A model generated the notes under the pieces. The model did not search any database and was not told where the DNA came from. It was given only the letters and a program-made list of their open reading frames with translations. DNA of 64,000 nucleotides from Candidatus Latescibacterota bacterium (GTDB lineage: Bacteria > Latescibacterota > UBA2968 > GCA-2709665), in assembly GCA_965116875.1 (NCBI GenBank), contig OZ220733.1, forward strand, positions 3,680,001 through 3,744,000, written 5' to 3'. A program made the translations under genes and the position numbers. Positions 19,186-27,898 of this stretch are shown here, one piece after another. The stretch's first letter is position 1. Each line of letters opens with the position of its first letter.

Positions 19186-19272
19186 CAGGGCCTTCCAGTC
19201 GGCCGCCTCGCGGTGCAGGCCCGGCGGAACATACCGAAGCCCCGACCTGCGCGAGAAAGGACATCAAGTACC

Positions 19273-19722
19273 ATGGACGACAGGACAATCGATCTCACGG
19301 TCTCGATACCCCCTCAATTCCGGGTCCTTCTGGTCACCCTTGGCGTTGTCCACGTCATAGGCGGCGCTCTTTTTCTGAGCGGCGGGCATGGTTTCTTCGG
19401 TATCCTGAATCTGGTCCTGGGCCCCTCATGGCTCTCGTGGGGTCTGTTCTACAACCGAATCAACAGGTATGCCATCGCCATTGATGACGAGCATATCGAA
19501 ATCGCCCGGGGCCTTTTCCGCCGGCGCAGAATCCCCTGGTCGTCGATATCGGAAATCCGCTTCGAGTCGACGCGGATGGACATCCTGGTAAACGGGGAAA
19601 AGATCGCCACGGTGAATTTCCGGGAAATCAGCTCTGGCGGGAGCCGGCTGCTCAGAGACGAAATGGTCACAAGACTCAGCCCTGTCGCCGAGGCGAACGG
19701 GGTGTCGATTGTTGGCGTATAG
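19273..19722 (+). CDS. Hypothetical membrane protein (2 TM plus PH-like domain)
   Basis: Two hydrophobic helices then RRRIPWSSISEIR; AAGGA RBS. Confidence 0.65.
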   Translation: MDDRTIDLTVSIPPQFRVLLVTLGVVHVIGGALFLSGGHGFFGILNLVLGPSWLSWGLFYNRINRYAIAIDDEHIEIARGLFRRRRIPWSSISEIRFESTRMDILVNGEKIATVNFREISSGGSRLLRDEMVTRLSPVAEANGVSIVGV

Positions 19723-19841
19723 CCGACCTGCAAGCATCGATCGAGTCGTTTCCGTTCGATTTGCAGAAGACCAGAGTCAATTGGGGAACGGAACCTCGGT
19801 GCGAATCGTGCAAGGGTGAATAGCCAGTTCGAGGCGTGAAG

Positions 19842-20585
19842 ATGAGAGATTCTTCGGAAGGGAACTTCAGCTATTTCGCGGAAATCGCGGCATCGTACGA
19901 TCGGGTCCAATCGGTCCTGAGTCCTCCCTATCAGAGAGGGCTCGAGATGATCGTCGAGCTGATCCCGTTCGATCCGGACGACCCGTTCGCGTTCGTGGAT
20001 CTGGGCTGCGGAACGGCGGAACCCTCGGCGCGGGTGCTGGAACGCTTTGGCCGCGCGACCGGCGCCTGTATCGACAACGAACCGGAGATGCTCCGGATCG
20101 CGAAACGGAAGCTGGCGCAGTATTCAGGTCGGATCGAGGTTCGGGAAGCCGACATCACTGATTGCGCCATCCCGCCGTGCGACCTGGTTTTCTCAGCCAA
20201 GACCTTTCACCACGTGCATCCGGATCGTCTGCCTTCGCTTATTGCGAGAATCGCGAGCGCGCTGCGGCCCGGCGGTTGTTTCATCCTTTACGATACGATG
20301 TCGATCGGGCCCGGATGGTCAGCCGCGTTCCGGCAGCAGGCTTCGCGGTTCCGCGAGCGCCACGTTCAGCGCGCGATCGATTCGGGGAGGGTGACCCGGG
20401 AGGAAATCGACGCCCGGCGGGAGTACAAGCGGAGGATGAAGGCGACGGGGAAGGACATTGAGTACGAGCACCGCGCGGAAGACCTCATCCGCACGATGAC
20501 GGGGGCGGGGTTCGAGGAAGCCACTGTGGCCTGGCGGTTATTCGCCGACACGATTCTGCTGGCGTTTTTGCAGGCGGGCGAATAA
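19842..20585 (+). CDS. Class I SAM-dependent methyltransferase
   Basis: VDLGCGTA motif I, FHHV, LRPGG. Confidence 0.9.
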   Translation: MRDSSEGNFSYFAEIAASYDRVQSVLSPPYQRGLEMIVELIPFDPDDPFAFVDLGCGTAEPSARVLERFGRATGACIDNEPEMLRIAKRKLAQYSGRIEVREADITDCAIPPCDLVFSAKTFHHVHPDRLPSLIARIASALRPGGCFILYDTMSIGPGWSAAFRQQASRFRERHVQRAIDSGRVTREEIDARREYKRRMKATGKDIEYEHRAEDLIRTMTGAGFEEATVAWRLFADTILLAFLQAGE

Positions 20586-20651
20586 TGACACGAGAACGAG
20601 CAAAACAACGACTCGAAGGATTTACTCGAATTTGTCCTTGAGGTCTGCCGA

Positions 20652-21101
20652 TCACTCTTCCGCGAGACGTAACGCTTCTTTTTTTAAATTCTTGCTGAAA
20701 TAAAACCCGACATTCTCAAGGCTTGTCAGCAAAGGTCTAATGGACGAAACGATCCCTCTCTGCTTTGCGAGAACCAGTACTCCGACCGTTCCGACAACGT
20801 CGAGCCCGTACTGCCTGGCAACTCTTCTGGCGCGGAGGTCATCCGTGACTATTCGGCAATTGTATTCTCGAGCGAGTGCAATAGCCTCTGCTTCACCATC
20901 GTCGACGATCGTCTTCAAAGTTGTCGCTAATGACGGATCGGATAGTCGCGTTACTTTCAGCCAGGGGACTGAGATTCCGAATTCCCGTTGCACAGCCGGC
21001 GGAATTATTATGGTCCGATACAGCGCTGATAGGATTTCGACGATTCCGATGCGTTCGAGCGCAATCAGGCATGTGCTATCGGACACGATGCGCTCGCTCA
21101 C
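20652..21101 (-). CDS. DUF3368 family PIN-like protein (putative toxin)
   Basis: IVSDSTCLIAL, DDGEAEAIALA, TDDLRAR, GTVGVL. Confidence 0.88.
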   Translation of the reverse strand: MSERIVSDSTCLIALERIGIVEILSALYRTIIIPPAVQREFGISVPWLKVTRLSDPSLATTLKTIVDDGEAEAIALAREYNCRIVTDDLRARRVARQYGLDVVGTVGVLVLAKQRGIVSSIRPLLTSLENVGFYFSKNLKKEALRLAEE

Positions 21102-21322
21102 TCGCCGACTTCCTCACGCAACTCCTCAGGAGAATAATTAAAGATTGGTACCTGTTGTTGGCCAAGCAGATCCATGAACTCGCGTTTGGAGCGGCCGGCA
21201 GTTCTAGCTGCCTGTCCGAGTGACACCTTACCAGTTTCATAGAGCTTGATAGCAAGGAGCATCTTCGCCTCTTCTCGAGATAGTCCGGAAGGAAGCTCGA
21301 CTCTCAAATCAGTTGCGACCAT
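21098..21322 (-). CDS. UPF0175 family protein (putative antitoxin)
   Basis: LAIKLYETGKVSLGQAARTAG..KREFMDLL; overlaps the DUF3368 start. Confidence 0.88.
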   Translation of the reverse strand: MVATDLRVELPSGLSREEAKMLLAIKLYETGKVSLGQAARTAGRSKREFMDLLGQQQVPIFNYSPEELREEVGE

Positions 21323-21631
21323 AGTAGGTGTCCCCGGCAGCAAGTAATCGGTAAGTATTGGTGTATCAATCAGACCAGGTGCACACTCCAGGTGAAATAT
21401 AAACCAATCCCACCTAAAGTCAAAAGCCTTGGCCGTCGAAGAACAGATCGATGTTCCTACGCGACGAATTTCAGTTGAGGAAAAGGTCACGAGCACCATT
21501 GACAGATCAGGTGTGCGCGCAAGACGTCCTATTGTGATAATCAAGGATCGAGCTACGGCGATTTCAGCCAATGGTTGGTGAAGGGCGCGGTTGTTGATTG
21601 GAAGTCCTGGTTAACACGCAAGCAATCCCTG

Positions 21632-21920
21632 CTATTGCGATCCGGCGCTGACAACGGGTTGCGTCGACTCGTGCGAGCAGAGGACGACCAGCAGATTGCT
21701 GACCATGTTCGCCCTCTGTGCTTCGTTCAACTTGATCACCTCGTCGTCCATCAGTCGCTTCAGGGCCATCTCCACCATGCCGACGGCGCCGTCGACGATC
21801 TTCGCCCTCGCTGAAATGACCGCCTCGGCCTGCTGGCGCTGCAGCATGGCGTTGGCGATTTCCGGTGCGTAGGCCAGGTGGTTGATTCGCGCCTCGTCGA
21901 TCTCCACACCGGCTTTCTGA
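21632..21920 (-). pseudogene. C-terminal remnant of an SPFH/band-7 protein
   Basis: [36 protein letters not shown]...[10 protein letters not shown]; most of the N-terminal part is absent. Confidence 0.8.
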
Positions 21921-21941
21921 ACGGTGAGCATGGGAACCACG

Positions 21942-23168
21942 ATGTCTGAAGTCGTCTCGCTTGTTGATCGGATCGAAGCGGTCCCCGTTGTCGCAACGGG
22001 CGTACGATGGTCGGCGATGCGCGAAGGAAGGGCGTCCGACGACTATTTCGCTCGTTTTCCCGAGTGCAGGACCGACCCGCTGAGGAACGACTACGGCAAC
22101 GCGCGCGCCTTCCCGGAACCGTTCGCGAGGGGCGGCGGGCTCTTTCCCGTACTTCTGAAGATGGCGGACGGGACGCTTTGCTGCGCAACGCGGACCGGTT
22201 CACGTCACGCCGGAAGCGGGGGCGAAATCAGCCTTTCGTTCTCCTTGGATCGTGGCGAGAACTGGACGGACTATCGCACGGCAGTTCGGGGAGATCCGGA
22301 TGGAGATATCGACGTGCGGAACCCGGCGCTCGGCCAGGCGGCCGACGGCGACCTCATTCTGGCCTACGGGGTGATGCGCGGGATCGACGTCCGGGGACGC
22401 ATATCGACGTCCGATCCCTATGAATCGATCCAGGTGATCCGTTCGGCCGATGGCGGGGCGACGTGGTCCGATCCCGGGACAGTCCCGTTCCCCGAAGAGG
22501 ATCTCCTGCTCCACCCTCATGGACAGATGCGATGTCTTTCGGACGGGACCCTGGTATTCAACGCGCGGGGGTTCTACACGAAAAAGGCTTACAACGAAAG
22601 ACCGGGCCTTCCGGCGAGGATGAGCTACCTCTACCGGTCGCGTGACGGCGGAAGGACCTGGTCGGAGACAACCCTCGTCAAATCAGGCGGGAGCGAGACA
22701 GGATTCCTGGCCCTGAACGAAGCACACTGGCTCGCGTACGTCCGATTCAACGACGGACCGAATCGGATCGCCCACTCGGTTGACGGCGGGAAGTCCTGGT
22801 CGCGGTGGGAGACGTCCGAACCGGAATCCGAAGAACACGGCGCACGGACGAAAGGTAAGTCATGGGCCGCCTCGCCGGGCAGTATCGCCACGTTGCCGAA
22901 CGGCAATGTGCTGATCACGTACGGGTACCGCGCGTATCCCTTCGGCGTGCGCGCCATTGTAAGCCGAGATGGCGGCAACACCTTCGACGCGAATCGGGAG
23001 TACATCATCAGCGACACGGCCTACCATCCGGACTGCGGGTATCCGAGTACCGTGTGCTTCGAGGACGGTACCATCGTAACGGCCGCGTATTCGCTGATGG
23101 ACGTCGCGCATCCGGAGTGGGGCACGTGCTGCATCGCCTACCGGTATCCGCAGAAGAACTTCGACTGA
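21942..23168 (+). CDS. BNR/Asp-box sialidase-like beta-propeller
   Basis: Five Asp-boxes ([40 protein letters not shown]); DCGYP. Confidence 0.85.
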   Translation: MSEVVSLVDRIEAVPVVATGVRWSAMREGRASDDYFARFPECRTDPLRNDYGNARAFPEPFARGGGLFPVLLKMADGTLCCATRTGSRHAGSGGEISLSFSLDRGENWTDYRTAVRGDPDGDIDVRNPALGQAADGDLILAYGVMRGIDVRGRISTSDPYESIQVIRSADGGATWSDPGTVPFPEEDLLLHPHGQMRCLSDGTLVFNARGFYTKKAYNERPGLPARMSYLYRSRDGGRTWSETTLVKSGGSETGFLALNEAHWLAYVRFNDGPNRIAHSVDGGKSWSRWETSEPESEEHGARTKGKSWAASPGSIATLPNGNVLITYGYRAYPFGVRAIVSRDGGNTFDANREYIISDTAYHPDCGYPSTVCFEDGTIVTAAYSLMDVAHPEWGTCCIAYRYPQKNFD

Positions 23169-23305
23169 AGCGGTGAGACGGTAGAGGTGAGACGGTAGAA
23201 GAAGCCCTTGCCCGCCTATTCTTCCGACTTGCCTGCGGCATAAAAAGAATCCCGTTTCGGCACCCGATCTCTCCCGTCTTCCTTCTCACCAGGTGGTGAG
23301 GCGGG
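23166..23305 (+). repeat. MITE-like dispersed element, copy A
   Basis: Shares GACGGTAGAGGTGA, TTGCCT(G/C)CGGCATAAAA, ATCTCTCCCGTCT and CCAGGTGGT with 47005-47227. Confidence 0.7.
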
Positions 23306-23392
23306 ATGTGTTCCTCTCCCCGCTTCTGAGGGGCCGGGGAGAGGTTACGGCACCGTCAGTTCGTCTGTTGGACCATTCCAGGAGCCGATTTC

Positions 23393-24130
23393 ATGCTGAC
23401 GCAGATCTCTTCTTCCGTATACTGCTGGTCGGAAACCCACGGAGCCGCCAGGAATGAGCCCTATCCGTGGAACAGCTTTGTTATCCGGACAAATCACGGG
23501 GACGACCTGGTCCTTGTCGATCCGCTTCCGCTCTCGGCCGAAGAAGAGAGGGAGATCGAAGCCCTGGGCGACCCCGCGCATATACTTCTGACCTGCGAGT
23601 ACCACCTGCGCGAGTCGGTAGCATTCAGGAAACGATGGGGTTGTGACATTCGCATTCACGCGGCCGGATCGGAATATTCCGAAGCGATGATCGACAAGAC
23701 GTTTCGGGACGGAGACCTGCTGTCGGACCGGATTGAAGTCATCCACATTCCGGATGCCTACCATATCGATGAGGTCGCGTTTCTGGTGCGGGGAGACGGG
23801 AATACGATGATCGTGGGAGATGCGGTCTGCGGAGGCCGTAAGGATCGAGGCATACCGGACGGTGAAATCTGGATCAACGCACCCGAATACGTCGTTGCCG
23901 ATCTGTCATGCGCTCGAGATTCGCTGCGCAAGCTCACTGTTCATTCATTCGAAAGGATGGCTTTCGGACACGGATCGCCGATCCTGCGCGCCGCCGGCGA
24001 CCGGTTCACGGCATTCCTGGAAGATGATGAGGCCTGGGCCACACTGGAATCCGAGAAGGCCGAAAGAACGAACCCCGCCTCCCTGGAATTCATTCGTGAG
24101 ATGCAAGCGAGGAAAACGCGTGGCAGGTAG
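23393..24130 (+). CDS. MBL-fold hydrolase-like protein
   Basis: VLVDP, degenerate HILLTCEYHLR, VGD, FGHG. Confidence 0.75.
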   Translation: MLTQISSSVYCWSETHGAARNEPYPWNSFVIRTNHGDDLVLVDPLPLSAEEEREIEALGDPAHILLTCEYHLRESVAFRKRWGCDIRIHAAGSEYSEAMIDKTFRDGDLLSDRIEVIHIPDAYHIDEVAFLVRGDGNTMIVGDAVCGGRKDRGIPDGEIWINAPEYVVADLSCARDSLRKLTVHSFERMAFGHGSPILRAAGDRFTAFLEDDEAWATLESEKAERTNPASLEFIREMQARKTRGR

Positions 24131-24159
24131 GGCCGTAAGCGGGTAGGGGAGAGAAGTCC

Positions 24160-24302
24160 CCTGAATGCGGTGAGACGCATGACGTAGAGGTTAGAGATGA
24201 CCCGCCTCATTTCGTTTCAATTTATGCCGGAGGTATAGAGGAGGAACAGATCGGCAAAGATCTCTTCTCCCGTCTACCCTCTCCCGTCTCCCCGTCTTTA
24301 GG
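24160..24302 (-). repeat. MITE-like dispersed element, copy B (inverted)
   Basis: Reverse complement contains AGACGGGAGAAGAGATCTTTGCCGAT...CCTCCGGCATAAA...ATCTCT; begins CCTGAATGCGG as copy C does. Confidence 0.7.
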
Positions 24303-24382
24303 CTTTTTATCCTGCCCATCCTGTCCATCCATGTAAGTTATGTACGTAGAGATGTATTGAGGGACATAAAGGAGGTTTCATC

Positions 24383-24778
24383 ATGCCGCATGACAGCAAC
24401 TTGAGCCTTTCGGTGATCGGACAGATTTCCGTAACCGTCCAGGACCTCGACCGGGCCGTGGCTTTTTACCGTGACAAGCTTGGAATGCAGTTCCTGTTTC
24501 GCGTGCCGGGAATGGCTTTCTTCAATTGTTCGGGCGTACGGCTTCTGCTGGGGCTATCGGAAGATGGATCGGCGGACGTGCATGCCTCGGTCCTCTATTA
24601 CAAGGTGGAAGATCTCGAAGGCACGTGCGAGGAACTGCGTTCGCGCGGCGTCGAATTCGAAATTGGGCCTCACAAGATCGCCGATATGCCCGATCACGAA
24701 CTGTGGATGGCGTTCTTCAGGGACTCCGAGACGAATCTGATGGCGCTCATGGCCGAGAAGCCGAGAGGTAAGCAATAG
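24383..24778 (+). CDS. VOC/glyoxalase family protein
   Basis: IGQISVTVQDLDRAVAFY, WMAFFRD; AAGGAGG RBS. Confidence 0.92.
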   Translation: MPHDSNLSLSVIGQISVTVQDLDRAVAFYRDKLGMQFLFRVPGMAFFNCSGVRLLLGLSEDGSADVHASVLYYKVEDLEGTCEELRSRGVEFEIGPHKIADMPDHELWMAFFRDSETNLMALMAEKPRGKQ

Positions 24779-24805
24779 GCGCCGCACGCCGGATGGAGCA
24801 GGCCG

Positions 24806-25258
24806 ATGGAAGAACTCGAAGAACTGTCGTTTTCACTTCGCTGCATCATCGACAGGCCCGTGGCTGAAGTCTTCGCGGCCGTCACGGACGGGTCCGCGAT
24901 CAGTACCTACTTCACGGACGATGCGAGTGCAGGTTTGGAAGCCGGTCGAACGGTCATCTGGCGATTCGGCGACATCGAGGTGGACGTCGCGGTGGAGGAG
25001 GTGATCCGCAACCGGAGAGTCGTCTGCAACTGGCCCGCTTCCAACGACGTCGGCTACAGGACCCGCTTCACGTTCGAATTCGAAGCACTGAAAGGCGGCA
25101 CGGGGATTTCGGTGAGTGAATCCGGATGGCGGCCGGATCGGGAGGGGATCGACAGCGCGTTCGATCAGTGCTCCGGCTGGACGCACTTCTTCGCGAGTCT
25201 CAAGGCGAGGCTTGAATACGACGTGGACATGAAGCGCTTCTACGACGACGAGGCTTGA
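24806..25258 (+). CDS. SRPBCC/AHSA1 domain protein
   Basis: RPVAEVFAAVTD, VSESGW, GWTHFFASLKARLE. Confidence 0.88.
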   Translation: MEELEELSFSLRCIIDRPVAEVFAAVTDGSAISTYFTDDASAGLEAGRTVIWRFGDIEVDVAVEEVIRNRRVVCNWPASNDVGYRTRFTFEFEALKGGTGISVSESGWRPDREGIDSAFDQCSGWTHFFASLKARLEYDVDMKRFYDDEA

Positions 25259-25517
25259 TCGACCGCCATCAATCCAGCAAAATCCGCCAACGGATCCATA
25301 GACGCTGGCGAACAACGCGCGCCGTGCCGGGCGGACCGGTTTACGGCGCGTTTCGTTTGCACCGTACATGGAAACGCGGACTGCGGATTCCCTTTCCGCG
25401 GGCTGCGGAGGCGTGGATTTGTCGAACGATCAGGACAATACACGTCGCCGTCGTCAGTGTGACGGGCGTCATTCCCATCCACTGGAAGAGGTTTCTTGTG
25501 CGTTTATTGAACGGCGG

Positions 25518-26018
25518 TTAAGCGTTATCTTCATCCTGCCCGGGAGGGGGATCCGCCGGGCCTGAGGCTCTCCGCAGACCGCGCCAGATCGAATAGATCA
25601 GCATCGGAATGCCGACCAGGATCAGGAATGGAACCAGCGCGTAGATGACCACCAAGTGGGGTCCCAGCAAGCCCCCAGCGAGACTGAACAGGACCGCGAG
25701 CGGCGTTGCGATCGCCAATCCGACCAGGATCCAGACCCGGGGGGTGCCGCTGACGCCCCTCAACAGCCGCTGCGCGAGCAATCCGATCAACGCGCCGGCG
25801 ATAAAGAACAGAACCAGGCCGGACAGGATGCTCGGAAGCGCATAGAGCAAGCCGAACGGGTGGGGGTGATGCATCGTACCGAAACGAATCCCGGCCACCA
25901 GCACCTGAAGAATGCACAGCCCCAGGCCGAACCACACCGGCAGTTTCCAATAATCCCATGAGCGGCGATTTGGCGCTTCCGGTTGACCGGTAGCGGAAGC
26001 TTCATCGGTGGGTTCCAT
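25518..26018 (-). CDS. Hypothetical membrane protein (4 TM)
   Basis: Four hydrophobic segments; GGAG RBS. Confidence 0.7.
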   Translation of the reverse strand: MEPTDEASATGQPEAPNRRSWDYWKLPVWFGLGLCILQVLVAGIRFGTMHHPHPFGLLYALPSILSGLVLFFIAGALIGLLAQRLLRGVSGTPRVWILVGLAIATPLAVLFSLAGGLLGPHLVVIYALVPFLILVGIPMLIYSIWRGLRRASGPADPPPGQDEDNA

Positions 26019-26207
26019 TGTGATCTCCCCTCTACCTGCTATCTATGCTAATACAGAAAGTCAAAATACGTGCAGTGATCGGATTCGCTCTCAAATGCGT
26101 AGTGCCATTTTTGCTTTTGTTAACGGGTGCAGTAAATAGCTGACATCAATTGTGCATGCTACGGTGGACAGGAACTTGCCCAAATGGGGCGCTGAGGATG
26201 CTTGCAT

Positions 26208-26883
26208 TGAGCTTGTCGAAATGTCGAAGCGCCCGCGTTTCTGCACGCTTTTTCCTTCGCCGACCCTTCGACAAGCTCAGGGAGCGGCTCAGGTTGGCCG
26301 GTCAATGTGGTGGCAAAAAGGTGAACTATCTGGTGCTCCTCAGAATGATAATTCACAAAACCGTTTCGTTCCATCAACGCCTTCATTAGCGGACGGTTGC
26401 GATTTTCTGTTCCATAATCCGGGAATCCGTTGCAATTCGTGAACCTTTGACCGCATAAATGCGCCTTGCAGGGTAGAGGAAAGGCGATCTCGTTGACATT
26501 GTGTGACAGGCCACAGGTACAATTTTCGCAACGTTTGAAGTGAATTCACTGCTGTCCAAGAACCGTTGGATTCTCAGAGAAGAGGATCGAAGAGTGGCTT
26601 CAATTCGCGGTCTTGTACGGGTTTGATTCGGATAGTGGAAACCAGGTTGCCATCGGTCGATGTTTGTTGTAACGCATGTCATTCTGAGCGCGCTGGCCTC
26701 CTCAGGATGACATGTTTTGCGAAGGTGTGGGCTCAGTGTTTTGCCAATCGTTATCGCAAGACATATCAATCACAGCGCAGCGAAGAATCTCCCGTATTCT
26801 CGATTGTACGTGTCGCATTTGGTCTTTGTGGATGAACTTGTGCGCGGACACGTAAACTGCCTTTTGCCCTCCTCAGGATGACA
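26208..26883. repeat. Cluster of REP-like palindromic repeats
   Basis: Perfect 13-bp inverted repeat TGAGCTTGTCGAA (26208) / TTCGACAAGCTCA (26267); CTCCTCAG(A/G)ATGA at about 26336, 26698 and 26869; TGTCATTCTGAG at 26677; CGCAGCGAAGAATCT at 26776. Confidence 0.7.
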
Positions 26884-27035
26884 GTCTTCGCAAAAGCAGG
26901 ACCGACTCGTTCCGCCAATGGCTGTGGACGATCTTCCAGCCATTTCATTCGCATATTTTCGCCGTATATCTAATCCGTTTTTGGACAGGTGTGAAGTGAT
27001 TTGAAGTTTCTCAAGGTCATCCGGGAGAGAAAGCC

Positions 27036-27857
27036 ATGATACTCGAAGACGAAGCGTTAACAAAACATCCGTTTCTGCCGACAAGGCCCGACGTCACCAT
27101 ACTCGAAAGTTCTGAAAAGATAGACGAGATCGATTGCCGGGAGTTGCAGTGGTGGCTCGCCATTCCGGAACTGGGCGAACACTGCCTTTGGGCAGCCTAT
27201 GAGTCCGACACGCTGGCGTTAACCGCGGTCGTCGAGATTGTGTCCACTGTTCCTGCGACGATCCGGAACATCGACTGCGTCGAACTCCGATTGAGAGAAT
27301 GGTTGGCTCGGGACGATTGGCCGGCGGACTTTAACCCCGGGCTCATGTACGCACTGCTGGACGAACGGCAGGCGAGGTGGCTTTCCGTCGTCAAGACTCG
27401 ACATGGAAGACGCGTTTTTGAAACCGTGGGGGATAAATGGTTTGAGGAGAACTGGGGGGGAAAGATGAGCCGCCGAATCGTTGATGACGGTCGCTACCGG
27501 CGCCAACCCGATGGCTCGTATAAAACTGGCAACGGTACAGGGATCGGCGCAGGCACCTACGACGTCACGATCGGAAGCAATACGTTCTGCTGTCTCCGTG
27601 TTCTGGACGCCGACCTTTCTACGCCGAACGGCGGCGAACTTGTGGAAGCATTCATTGAACGCGAAGGGCGGACCGTATTCTTTAGACGGTACGACGGGAG
27701 GTTTTTCCGCGACGGGGACCTGATCGCCAGGTATCCGGATAATCGCCGAATCGTCATCAACGACATAGTGTATGTGCATCATGACTGCACCGGGCGAGCT
27801 CACGACACGATCACGCAATTTGCTTTACAACCTGTTCGCTCGCAGGTATGCCAGTGA
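27036..27857 (+). CDS. Uncharacterised protein; stand-alone homologue of the C-terminal domain of the neighbouring ECF sigma factor
   Basis: Colinear motifs RP.., ELQWW, GAGTYDVTIG, CLRVLD, LVEAFI, GRTVFFRRY, RIVINDIVYVH; GGAG RBS. Confidence 0.8.
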   Translation: MILEDEALTKHPFLPTRPDVTILESSEKIDEIDCRELQWWLAIPELGEHCLWAAYESDTLALTAVVEIVSTVPATIRNIDCVELRLREWLARDDWPADFNPGLMYALLDERQARWLSVVKTRHGRRVFETVGDKWFEENWGGKMSRRIVDDGRYRRQPDGSYKTGNGTGIGAGTYDVTIGSNTFCCLRVLDADLSTPNGGELVEAFIEREGRTVFFRRYDGRFFRDGDLIARYPDNRRIVINDIVYVHHDCTGRAHDTITQFALQPVRSQVCQ

Positions 27858-27898
27858 CTTCGGTTGAAATGCATCGCACATATTGCAACGGTTTCCGA

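Noticed and set aside
26150-27084. Short ORFs in the repeat-rich gap
   Set aside because: They are translations of REP motifs (RPFDKLR, CHPEE, VILRR) with no RBS
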